The notes below the pieces were generated by a model, which was not told the DNA's origin, ran no database searches, and was given only the letters and a program-made list of their open reading frames with translations. A stretch of 62,703 nucleotides of DNA, counting the filler, from Choristocarpus tenellus KU-1152 (Eukaryota; Protista; Phaeophyceae), in assembly GCA_964200185.2 (NCBI GenBank). It is 8 parts of 8 records of this genome, joined end to end, with 100 filler letters (N's around TTAATTAATTAA, not from the genome) between each part and the next. Parts side by side here need not be neighbours in the genome. Positions count along the whole stretch, not along the records: positions 26,807 to 33,443 come from CAXNAD020007690.1; positions 33,544 to 37,672 come from CAXNAD020016072.1; 6 more parts are not named here. One strand, written 5' to 3'. Below, one piece after another: positions 26,821 to 37,772 of the stretch (positions are counted from its first letter, which is position 1; each line of letters begins with the position of its first letter). The translations under genes and the position numbers were made by a program.

Positions 26821-26960
26821 TTTTCATTGGTTTCCTCCCTGACACATCTGCAAAATGTCAGAGGGCATAATAATAAAATATACCACTACTTTTTATTGGT
26901 TTTCCCCTGACACATCTGCAAAATGTCAAAGGGCATAATAATATCATATAAGTATACCAC
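26821..26960. repeat. Short tandem duplication (2 x ~70 bp) containing a CTGACA...TGTCAG hairpin
   Basis: CCCTGACACATCTGCAAAATGTCARAGGGCATAATAATA occurs twice; inverted match at ~30700-30735. Confidence 0.8.
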
Positions 26961-27690
26961 TACCGTATATGAGCAGAAATATGGTAGTGTAACATTTGCT
27001 ATTATTGTAGTGACGCAGGATTATACTAGTGTTATGGAAATTACTCACCACTTCAATCAATACTTCAACATTCGTGTTTCAAAGCTCTTCCTTATGCTTC
27101 CTTCCTTACAACAAGTAAGGTTCTATTACACATCATATAAGACAAGGTTAAGTCAAGAAAATGTTCACCCTTACACTACACTGTTTGAACCCAATAACAC
27201 AAACAATATGACATACACATATTTACGAGACCAAGTCAGAAGGTCAAACCACCTCTTATTATCGTACTCTGACAACGATCACGATCATCCTTTCCACAAT
27301 TTGATACTATGATGACCAGTAGGAACCGATGATCTATTTTTCCTTCAACTATCATTTCTCTAAGCATCCTCAGCAACTTCGCCATCAGAGTGATAGTCTG
27401 ACTAAGTTGACGTTGAGGTGTATCGAATTACCCTGCACTCATGAACTTCTCGAATATACTGACACATCATTGGACATGAGAACGACATGTTCAACTGTAG
27501 TCAGTCTCAAAACTCAAACGTCAACCACGAAACACATCACTAGGCAACAAACTGACACACCTATTGTCAAGTGTCTCCTTCTCCTCTTGCGCCTCACACG
27601 ACAACCACTCCCACTCCACAACTCGACCAAGAACCTACCTTGCCTCACAAGTCTCACCATCAATCCACGATATTATCCACAACATACAGC

Positions 27691-28920
27691 ATGAAGCTCA
27701 TCTCTTGCCTACCGGTCCTCCCCATCGCGAGTGCCTTCATCCCACCCTTCGGCCGTGTCTCACCCACACTCAATCGCCAATCCACTCCCAAGCTCCCCAC
27801 GTCGCAACCTCTACACCCACGTGCGCCCACCGCACTGCTCCCATCTAGACTTGAGAGTCGGACTGTGAGGATGATCAGCGACAACGTACTCGAGGAGGCG
27901 TCCAAACTCCAGGCCGCCGCCGCAGAGCTCCGTCAGCAGGCCATCGAGCTCGAGAACAAGTGGGACCAGGAGAGGAAGCAAGGCGCTGAGCGCTCGTTCG
28001 CTATGTTCGATGGCAACAAGGACGGCAAGGTTGATCTCCCCGAGCTTCGGGTGGGCCTGGAGGCTAAACTCAGACGCAACTTCGTCAAGCAGCTCACTGG
28101 ACGGATGGGTCGCAAGCCGACCCGAGAGGAGGTAGACGAGATGATCGCCGAGCTTCCTGGAGGTTCTCTATTGACGGACAAGGCGGGACTGGCTCTGATC
28201 CAGGCGTATGACAGGAACGGAGACGGGTTCCTCCAGCCTGACGAATTTGCCCCAGTGGAAGAGATTCGAGCAAAGCTCGAGGCCATTTTCAGGCAGCAAG
28301 AGGAGGAAGAGCGGGAGGCTAGGGTAGCGGCACGGGAGATGAGCAACTCGGCGATGCAGAAAGGTAGAACTGATGAAGAGGAGAAGAGCATCGTCGTCCC
28401 AGCCCTTGTCAACAACGGCCCAGCAACTGCCGCGGACAGGGCTTTGTCTGCGCTCCCGTACCTACTCCCAGTGTTGGACGTCTTGTCGTACGCTGGACAC
28501 CTCTTCAGCTCCCACCCCGAGCTGTTTGGATGGGCGCAGCCCTTTCTGGGGCTGCTGGCGGTGTACCAATCCATCCCGTTCTCGGGACTTGCCGCCTACT
28601 TTATGGTGCAGGTTGCCGCCAACAACCCCAGCGTGAACAAGCTCGTGAGGTTCAACTTGCGGCAAGCCATCAATTTGGATATTGCCCTGCTTCTACCTGG
28701 CGTCCTGGGGGCCTTTGCGGCAGCGGCGGCAGGTATCGATGCCTACAAGCTGGTGCCCCTGGGCCAGGCGGGTGCAGATGTCGTGGTGGTGGCAGTGCTT
28801 GCAGCAGTGGCGTACTCAGTTGGCACGTCTTCCCTCGGGATATTCCCAAACAAGCTTCCAGTGTTGGGAGCAATCAACAGGGAGAACCCAGACCGCGAGG
28901 AGGTTGGGGGTGACGAGTGA
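27691..28920 (+). CDS. TIC20: Nuclear-encoded plastid-targeted Tic20-family protein with two N-terminal EF-hands, 409 aa, single exon
   Basis: ATG at 27691 gives MKLISCLPVLPIASA|FIPP (signal peptide + ASAFAP-type motif), then an S/T/P/R-rich transit peptide. EF-hand loops DGNKDGKVDLPE and DRNGDGFLQPDE. C-terminal hydrophobic domain with Tic20/Ycf60-type motifs DRALSALPYLLPVLD, YQSIPFSGL and VNKLVRFNLRQAINLDIALLLP. GC-rich and uninterrupted. Confidence 0.85.
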   Translation: MKLISCLPVLPIASAFIPPFGRVSPTLNRQSTPKLPTSQPLHPRAPTALLPSRLESRTVRMISDNVLEEASKLQAAAAELRQQAIELENKWDQERKQGAERSFAMFDGNKDGKVDLPELRVGLEAKLRRNFVKQLTGRMGRKPTREEVDEMIAELPGGSLLTDKAGLALIQAYDRNGDGFLQPDEFAPVEEIRAKLEAIFRQQEEEEREARVAAREMSNSAMQKGRTDEEEKSIVVPALVNNGPATAADRALSALPYLLPVLDVLSYAGHLFSSHPELFGWAQPFLGLLAVYQSIPFSGLAAYFMVQVAANNPSVNKLVRFNLRQAINLDIALLLPGVLGAFAAAAAGIDAYKLVPLGQAGADVVVVAVLAAVAYSVGTSSLGIFPNKLPVLGAINRENPDREEVGGDE

Positions 28921-30739
28921 TGCTTCGTTTGGGTGCTGCTGGTTGTTCCTTTAAAGAAAGAAGAGGTGATGTGCTGCTTCGATGGGCAGGCGTAGTGGTG
29001 ATGATATGTCTGATAGTGAGCGTCATGACTGGTTCCGGGGTGCTCGCAGTTCAGTAGGCACTTCTTGGTAGTTGAGCGGTATGTCGACATCCTAGATATA
29101 TCTGGAAGTATCCCTGTACTGTGTTCGGAGTCATCATGAACTATTTGGGGTTGTTGCACGTCCTTGTTCATGTGAGGGTGTGGAGTTGTGTGTATACCAT
29201 ACTTGTGGACATTACTATGATAGTAACTCTTTTTCGTGCAGCAATACACTTCTTGTATATGATGTGGGTGATTGGGGCCATTCCCTTTGTGTTTTTGTGT
29301 GTGTTTTGTGTGTGTGTGGCGTGCATGCTTTCTTTGTGTTGTTTTTTGTCAGTGTGTACGCCCTTTTTGGACATTTGCCAAGAAACCGCACTTCTGCTGG
29401 CTTTCCCTGTGCTCTTGAGTTGTACGATTCATGTCTGGACTTACCAGTCCTGGCAACATTTTAACTCTATTTGTTTGAGCCTGGAAGGGGAATGGTTTAT
29501 CGTTGTAAATATTTCTCCTTTGTTAAGATTATGCTAGAGTATTGGAGAAGAATTTTGTGGTTAGAGCCCCGGCGTATGTGCGTCATGTTGTAAGTTTGCT
29601 TAGGCAAGACCTTGGGGTGGTAAGCGATGATGTCAAAATAATTGATGATATGTAGTGTGAGTGCAAGAGCAGTAGAAGTGTTGTTGTCAGGCTCGTTATC
29701 CTGGTGGTGGATTTGTCTTGTTTTTCCTGGATGCTGCTCATTCAGTTTGCCCAGCGTAGCTATGTTTGCTTAGAACACCTAGGAAGAAGTGGTGTGAGTG
29801 TGCTCAAGATCATGGAATCGAGTTCATGATATCTGGAGTGTGCTTCGAGTTCACATGCCATAGGTGGATGATCGGACAATAAACAGTTAAGATATCACAT
29901 GATGTACCTTCGACGATAGGTACCACTTCCATATCATTGTGTGTTATGCCTTGTACAATAGTGGAAGAACCCGACTCTTCCACCCCATAACGTTCGTTCT
30001 TTCTTTCTCCATTTGCACTATCCTCAAGGTTGTTTTATACCACTACGTACTATGCACGGCCACATCTAAGTTACACAGCTCTCCCATCCACCTCAGTTTC
30101 CCGACCTCTGTGGTTGAGGTGTCAAGAAATGAAACGCGTGTTTGGTTCCAACGCCTGTGGCGTGTTAACCCTATATATTTTTGTTGGAGTCTGTTGGATG
30201 ATCATCTAGTATTGCGTCGTTCCAACAATCACACGATTTCCACCTTTATATTCCTGCTGCCTTGTCACGCCCTTAGTCCCTACCATCGTAGTAGTGTACT
30301 TCAGTAGAAATGATATATTTACATTCCCTAAACGAGCGTTGATTAACCTACAGATGCACCGGAGTAAACACCCAATGAGCTTGTACAATTTCTCTCGTCC
30401 ATTTCACGAGGGGAAGGCTCCATGCATGCACGTATGAAGTATACGTGGTGGAATGCAGGCAAAGAATGCATGTCGTACGTGGTTGTGGTACAGAACCGTT
30501 CCTTATTGGCTATTGTTGGCTTTGGAGCAGGTGGGTATAGGCGTCCAGGTACACACGATCTTCTCGTATGAGCATTTGGATATAATCGCGTAATATGTTA
30601 ATCAATTCCTTAGCTGAAGATGTCCACAAGTATATAGTTGTGTAAGAAGACTACGTATGCCACTCTGCGAATAAATAATAACTTTTGATGCATATACAAT
30701 ATTATTATTTTGCCCTCTGACATTTTCAAGATGTGCTAT

Positions 30740-31420
30740 AGTGTTGGCAGTCGCCTCCTGCATCAACTTTATCGTGCCATAAAGTTTGATCAACAACGAT
30801 TTTTTTCATTAAAATTAGTTTGTTGTGATTGCATCAGCATGGTTAACCTTATTTCATGGGTCACGCTTGGTCAACGCACCCCCGCGCCAATTACTTTATT
30901 CAAGGATTATTTTGACGCCAGGAGAGGCCATCTTCACCCTGAGAACATGGGCTTTGTTGTCTCTCCATTCTCTTTGCACCGTCTCTATCGGGTTCAATTC
31001 TCAGTGGTACGTTTTGGAAGGATCAAGCAGTGTCCTCCAAGACGCTCAACCAAAATTGTGTCCTGTGAGTAGCTTTAACGGTATTAAGCCAAGGTTAACC
31101 CACGTACCGTTATGGTGGTGACCAATCTTGATTTTTTTTAAGGGTTGCCCAAAGCGTTTAAACGACAATGAGCGTATCAAATGAAAGCTGTGGATCTCAG
31201 CTATCACTGGTCCAAAGGAATTGTTTCGGAAATATATGTTTGGTCGTGATAATTCATTCCGGAACATTTTCAAGGCTGTGCCGAAACCATTCGTATAAAA
31301 TTTAACCTTACCAAAATAGATTTTGCACCTGTGATAAGCTTAGATCCAGAGCTTTGATTTGATATGCTCGTCGTTGTTGAACTCAATGGGTAACCCTTTC
31401 AAAAATAATCAGGACTGGTC
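30740..31420. mobile_element. Dispersed repeat family C copy with a terminal hairpin (31141-31397, ~76-bp arms)
   Basis: Reverse-complement match to 48155-48606 plus 48962-49250; arms AGGGTT...ATCAAATGAAAGCT.TGGATCT.AGCTATCAC.GGT. Confidence 0.8.
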
Positions 31421-33059
31421 TCATCCTAGAGGTGACTTCCAACACTGTAGGGGAAAAACTAATGAAAACTATTCACATGTCAGGCATAGACTATATTGTT
31501 ATTTTTCTATACACACAAGTGATGAATGTCAAGAACAAAAAAAAAACTGCTTGGTATGGAATGCTTTCAGGTTCGAAGTACCTTCAGGTTGGGGATTGCT
31601 TGGTCTGAAGTAGTGGTTGGGGGGTGAGTATTATTGGCAGTTGTAGCCTGATTCACTTACCTCCCATGCCTGTAGATGTTGGTCCATGTTGATGGCCTCT
31701 ACTACGTCGATCAATAATTATTCGTGAAGTAGTGCACTTCTGCCCATGCCCGCGTACCTGTTGTCTCTCTCGCTGAGGAAAGGAGGAAGCATATGTTTTG
31801 ATTTGAAGAACATGACTGAACTCTTGTGTGGCTAAATATCACACACTGTTGGAAGAGCAGATGTTATGGAAGCCCAACTAGTATAACGACTCTTATGAAC
31901 ATGGGTCTGAACTATATTGGGCTTCTAAGAGGTAATAGGAAAGGGTATATCAGGATGCAACTAGTCTTAACACTATTCTAAGGATGACCTACGAGTGATT
32001 TTCGATTTGATGGTCTTGGTAGATTAGTAATGAGATATTTCTGGCAAGTACACCCTCCCATGGATGATGGGAGGGATCATCATTCCGTCCCACATAATCA
32101 GCTTTCCAGTCACAACAATTATCAAGTCATGCAAACATGTATATATTCTCAAATCTTGGAATACGATAGATTTCTATCACAACAAGGCAACAAGCCACGC
32201 ATAAGAGAGTCAAATAAATTAAGAGGTAGGCAGGGTTGTATTTTAATATCCCGAGAGATTACAAAACGATGCAATTCTGTACAACTGCAGAAAGAGCCTC
32301 TTGCTTGATTGCGCGGTCATTTTGTATGTGGAAAGGGGGAATTCCAATTTTGCGTACACTATTGTGTACACAGTGCAGTGAAGTAGAGTGTATTGCACAG
32401 GGTACGAAATATAGCTATGAATTCAAAGGGTTCAAACATATCCACCTCCCAATTGGTTTGGCTCAGACCAAATATTCATATATTCAACTGTACTCGAGTA
32501 AATAATAAAAATATGCCCATCCAAAAATAATAATAATATAATAATAATAATATAATATATATATATATAGCCAGCACCGTAGCACCATAGTACACACACA
32601 TGTCAACTACCTCACTAGTCATACACTGCTTCGGATTATTAGTAGGTTGTAACAAACATGGTGTACGACAGTCAGAAGGCGCTCCGTCAATAAAAAAACA
32701 GAATGAAAAGTAAATAATAGTAAATAGTAGCAACATGTTCGTGAAGACTTCAGCATTAATCGGCCAATTAAATCCATCGTCGGACTGCCCCGTCAGTACC
32801 TTGACAAGCTCTTTGTGCATGTGTACACCAAAAATGACGTATGCATGTGTTGTTGCAATCCTATTTTGCATTAATACTTCACGTATATCAAGCATAAAAC
32901 CCAATTATACCCTGGAGGAGGAGAGCACCTCCAATGAAGTTGGCTCTGCACCTAGCAAAACACTTCTCTGTGTGAAGTACAAATCGCTAGTTGTGAATAC
33001 TAACAACAACAAATCCTGCTATTATCATAGGCCAAACAAAACCACAGGAACATGGAGAC

Positions 33060-33443
33060 CCAGTCTATCCTTTTTCTTCTTAACGATCCAATCAAAAGAT
33101 CTCCAGTAGACTCTTTTGCCCCATCTACGGCACGCATGACATGTGGTTGGCTTGGTTAGGCCGGTGACGATGAAATGGATAGCATCGATCAATTAATGGT
33201 GTGATTCTTCATCTGCGCGGGGGTGGGGGGTTACCGAGACAAACATCTGCGTGTAGGTATTCTTTCCCTTTTGTGGAGGGACCAACTACACCACGCCTTC
33301 CACCAAATTATAGTAATTCGATGTGAGTAAATATGACAAATTTACATGTCATACACATGGATGTACTTCATACCAGTCTATCCTTTTTCTTCTTAACGAT
33401 CCAATCAAAAGATCTCCAGTAGACTCTTTTGCCCCATCTACGG
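33060..33443 (+). repeat. Exact 71-bp direct repeat (33060-33130 and 33373-33443), second copy ending at a gap
   Basis: CCAGTCTATCCTTTTTCTTC...GCCCCATCTACGG occurs twice. Confidence 0.9.
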
Positions 33444-33543
33444 NNNNNNNNNNNNNNNNNNNNNNNNNNNNNNNNNNNNNNNNNNNNTTAATTAATTAAN
33501 NNNNNNNNNNNNNNNNNNNNNNNNNNNNNNNNNNNNNNNNNNN

Positions 33544-33655
33544 TTCCCCCGCCACGCGTCGCGCCGATGCCAGAAAAAACCCGCCCCGCGAAAACAATCG
33601 CCCCCGAATCGACGACCCCCCCCCCCCCCCCCCCCCCCCCAAGATACTTTGAGCC
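33544..33655. mobile_element. Family-B-like TIR end next to a gap
   Basis: poly-C followed by AAGATACTTTGAGCC. Confidence 0.6.
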
Positions 33656-35149
33656 TCAACACAAACAATAAAGAAGCACATTCATTAACCGATCTACATC
33701 TGTTCCTAAATATGTTGCCCCTCGGACCAAAACTGATATTTGTAAAAAAATAAATAAATCGGATTGTCCGAGTGCCGAAGAGTGTTGAGATTACAAGTTT
33801 AGTGTAGTGATCTTGCTGCAGTAAAGTATGCACAAGGAGGAGGAGGAGGAGGAGCAATACCCAAGATCCTTTCCGGTTAAACAAGCCTGAGGTGTTTCCC
33901 CTTCGCTTGAACCCGTACTAAAAAAAATAATAAAAAAATAAAAAAATCGAAGACTGTTTTTTTTTCTTTCTTTTCACTAAAAAGTGTCAACAATCGGTCG
34001 GTCAGTCACTCAAACCTCGCGGAGAGGCTTGAATTGAAGCACATACGTAATACAGTTGCAAAATTTTGCAGTGGCCGATTATGTACTCACGCTGGTAGTC
34101 CTATTACGGCGCATGATGTTTTGTCCTTACAATTGCAACACAACCACTAACTGCCACCGTATCATCAGCTGCATGAGGATATTGTAAGCAACTCCTTGCT
34201 ACAGCAGAAGACAGCATGGTGGATGCTTGGAAACTCAGGCCCGAGCACTGAGGATAGATTGGAGGATGGCAGTGTGATTGGGGAAGGGCGAGGCACTAAG
34301 AATGGGCCACAGCACCTCTCCAAGCCCTTGACCAGAAGTATGACTCTAAGGCGGGTGCAGAAACGCCAGGAAGAGGTGTGAATGTGTGTGGTATGTAGTA
34401 CAAACTCAAGGGCCCATTGGATTTTTTTGTACAAGTGTGTGAGCGTGTGAAAGAGAAGGTATGTGCATATCTTCTGTTACCCATTCAGCTACTCCTGGCA
34501 ACCACTATCTAGGTTTGACGGAGCTCAAAACTATTCCTCTAACCTCTTCCTTCTCCGGCATAGAAGGACAACAGTCATACATCAGGAGTATTAAAGCCAT
34601 CGTTGCTGTACCAATAAGAAGCTGTTGGTGAAGTTTTTGGATTAAACAGGGTCTGGTCTGATAAGCAATAAAATGTAGTGAGAATGGAAGTCAGCAGACG
34701 ATATTAAGAGGGTGAGGGAGATTGTCCTCTGTTGGATAGGCAAAAAGGAAAGACAAAAATGCTCATGAGAGTGTAAGGGCAGTGTATAGGGGGGTGGGTT
34801 AAGGCAGGCACAGTAGGGACAAAGAGGGGTAGTCTACCACGAAAGGGGAAGTACCTGCATTACCTCACAAAACAGTTGTTCTAAAGTCGGAAATTTCCTT
34901 TTTCCATTTTCCGTCCTCATCATATATCCAAACACTGGTATTATTGCATTCTCTTTGTATTAAGTGTTGATCTTAGCTTGAGAGTACTGACTTCTCTCCT
35001 GTTTGAAAATTTTCAACAAAATCCAGGAAGCGCACATATGCATTTGTACAAAAAAAAGAGGATTTCTTACTTTTTTTTAAGTTTTGTCAGCCAATCATTG
35101 AAACGCAACCCTACATATACACCTCTTGTCTACCTTGGCTGATGATTCT

Positions 35150-36200
35150 CAGCTACGAAACAGAATCTATCGTCTCACGCCATGTCTGCCTCTACCGCTC
35201 ACACACACTAACCTCTGGAACATTCAACCTGCGTGTGAAAATTCGTTCAATGCTCTTCCCATTTTATCACGTCCTGCCTGCACCGTTGGCATCAGGAGGT
35301 GTTGAGAGTTGATTGGAGGAAGTTGAATAATGCATTATTTAAGGCAATTGACGAGTGCAACGTCAAGGAGGTAATAGAGGTAGGTCCATCCCTCTCCCAT
35401 TGCGCAAGTCCTGCAATATAATTGGGGAATGATATGGAATTTAACCGGGTAACCCCATTGCTGGTACAATCATCAACCGTGTGAACATCCACCACCCAGT
35501 TCTGACTTTTTTTGGTTGTCGAAGTTCTTCTATTTACTCTGAGTCTCTCCAATGTTCTGGGAAACAATACTGGAGCCATTTTTGCTTGCACAGCAACTTT
35601 GATAAACAAATGCAACTTCCAGCTCGCATCTGACTTAGTCCACGTTCCACACGAAGATGCAAAGTCTAGGAGGTTGACCGAGGCAGGATGTTGAGCCGTT
35701 TGAACGTTTTCTATCTGCAATTAACCATATCCTTACTCCCCTTTCTATCTCTCTCAACTCTGATCTCCATACTCCGGTATACACTAGACAACTGCTAGAC
35801 CTGCACCACACCAACCTCATTGAAAAAGACACTGTATCTTCCAACTCATCCACCAACTAGCGCACTCTTCCCCAACTTCCGACAGCTACTGAGGGAGGGG
35901 GCTCAAGTTAATTCAGTCTATGTCCCACCAGACAATGACAATGATTTTCCCAAGACCATCAACAACTCGGTCTCCATTCCCAGCAATGGCAGTGGTCTCA
36001 TTCCCGACGAATGGGAGGAGGGCACTAGAATCCCAAGCCGGGGAGATATCATTGGTGCGAGTCAGGACAAAGCTGATGCCAAGAGCAAGGCCTATGCTGA
36101 GAGAAACTCTGCTGAAGGCAAAAAGAAAAAGGGAGGTAAGGTCCAGGGCTGCTGGTGCATTGTGAGAAATGGAATTGCGCATCCTCCACATCTACCATTG
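35150..36200 (+). pseudogene. Possible degenerate LTR-retrotransposon gag remnant
   Basis: Protein-like patches (EVLRVDWRKLNNALFKAIDE; DKADAKSKAYAERNSAEGKKKKGGKVQGCW followed by a broken Cys/His patch) interrupted by stops. No pol or LTR seen. Confidence 0.25.
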
Positions 36201-36244
36201 GAGGGGTCATAGGGGAAGACTTTCAAAATGTGTACAATAGTGAT

Positions 36245-36517
36245 GAGTCAAAGTATCTTAGAGGAGAGGGTAGGGACGTGTCCATTTGGGGGCCAAAATC
36301 CAATGTTGCGATTTTGGTGCAATTTTGGAAATCGTGTTGGTTAGGAAGTGTCAATACCCTTGTTCTGTACACGTCTCTTCATAACACATACTTTGGAGTA
36401 CATTTTACCTACTCCAAAACATTTCGGAGTAGGAAAATATCATTAAAAACCCTTGGGAAGCCAAGCCCCCAACGGACAAATAGGTTAAAACTCATACCCT
36501 CTATGATGCGTTCACTC
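36245..36517. mobile_element. MITE family A copy, 273 bp
   Basis: Termini GAGTCAAAGTATCTTAGAGG...CCTCTATGATGCGTTCACTC; flanked by GAT/GAT (putative 3-bp TSD). Confidence 0.85.
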
Positions 36518-37124
36518 GATGCATGTCACCATAGCATCTAGATGCTGGTCCTCTTGTTGCCACACAAATGTTGGCATCAAAATTAGGATGCTTAGCGGAT
36601 CCTCCTTACTCCAGTACAATAACAACAGACTACTTTGCTTATCATATACCACCATTCCTCCGTACAACTGGGCAAGAGGGCGCCAGGTATAGACAATGCC
36701 GCCCTCCTGGGCACACGTTTTGAGGGTTACCTGGCTCTGTTAATATAGGGAAAGGAAATTCCTAATTTATTGAGAACCATCATCCAAATACTCGATCTTA
36801 CAAGAAGAGAAATATCCCAATGGGAATGAGCATTGCTCACCTCTATGTTTTGACCAGTCAAACGCCCCAGAGGCGATTATACTCTTCCTGATCTGACCTC
36901 TAAGCACTTGTCAACAATACGATGGAGGAATATTTGTCACCTAGCAAGCACAATCAGACTCCAGGTTTCAATGTCAGACTGCAATATTAACCAGCATCAC
37001 ATGTACACCCCAACACCCAAACCTTCTTTTTTTCAATTGTTGAGATCTCATCTCAACCCTTTGCCTATTGCCTCTCACCGATGTGACAATTTCCCCTTTC
37101 CTAGGCTCCTGTAGTTGTCGGCAT

Positions 37125-37383
37125 GAGCCAAAGTATCTCAGAGGGTAGAGCCATGTCCATTTGAGGACCAAAATCCAATGTTGCGATTTTGATGTAATTG
37201 GCCATCGTGTTTGCGATAGGAAGTGTCAATATCTATATTCTGGACACACCTTTTCATAATGTATACATTTTACCTGCTCCAAAATATTTTGGAGTAGGAA
37301 AATGTCATAAGAAAACTCATGGGAAGCCAAACCCCAAATGGACAAACAGGGCGAAATTCGCACCCTCTAAGATACTTTCACTC
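37125..37383. mobile_element. MITE family A copy, 259 bp
   Basis: Termini GAGCCAAAGTATCTCAGAGGG...CCCTCTAAGATACTTTCACTC; flanked by CAT/CAT. Confidence 0.9.
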
Positions 37384-37564
37384 CATTGAATTCAGGACCT
37401 AGGGAGTTATCGTTTGTTTGTCCACGAACCAAGGGACAAATTCAAACCCACCTTGTTCCCATAATCCTAATTGTTACTCTCGTTGTTTCAGTAAACTATA
37501 TTGATACCAGCCTTGCTCCATACATAAAACCACTTACTACGTGCTGCATTTAAATCTCCAAAGT

Positions 37565-37672
37565 GACCCAGAGTATCTGGGGGCGGGGGGGGGGGGGCTT
37601 CACCAAAAAATCCATTTGGAGCAAAACCAAGAAGAATAGAATTTCATTGTCCATCCAAACCAAGGAACCAAA
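37565..37672. mobile_element. Family-B-like TIR end running into a gap
   Basis: GACCCAGAGTATCTGGGGGCGGGGGG... Confidence 0.55.
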
Positions 37673-37772
37673 NNNNNNNNNNNNNNNNNNNNNNNNNNNN
37701 NNNNNNNNNNNNNNNNTTAATTAATTAANNNNNNNNNNNNNNNNNNNNNNNNNNNNNNNNNNNNNNNNNNNN

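Noticed and set aside
27571-27690. 40-aa N-terminal extension of the Tic20 ORF in the ORF track
   Set aside because: Non-ATG start; the ATG at 27691 begins a clean signal peptide + ASAF motif.
27933-28954. Antisense and alternative-frame ORFs over the Tic20 gene
   Set aside because: Expected in a GC-rich CDS; no independent features.
33060-33443. 71-bp exact direct repeat as LTRs
   Set aside because: No TG...CA ends, PBS or PPT seen; the second copy ends at a contig edge, so an assembly artefact or simple tandem duplication is likelier.
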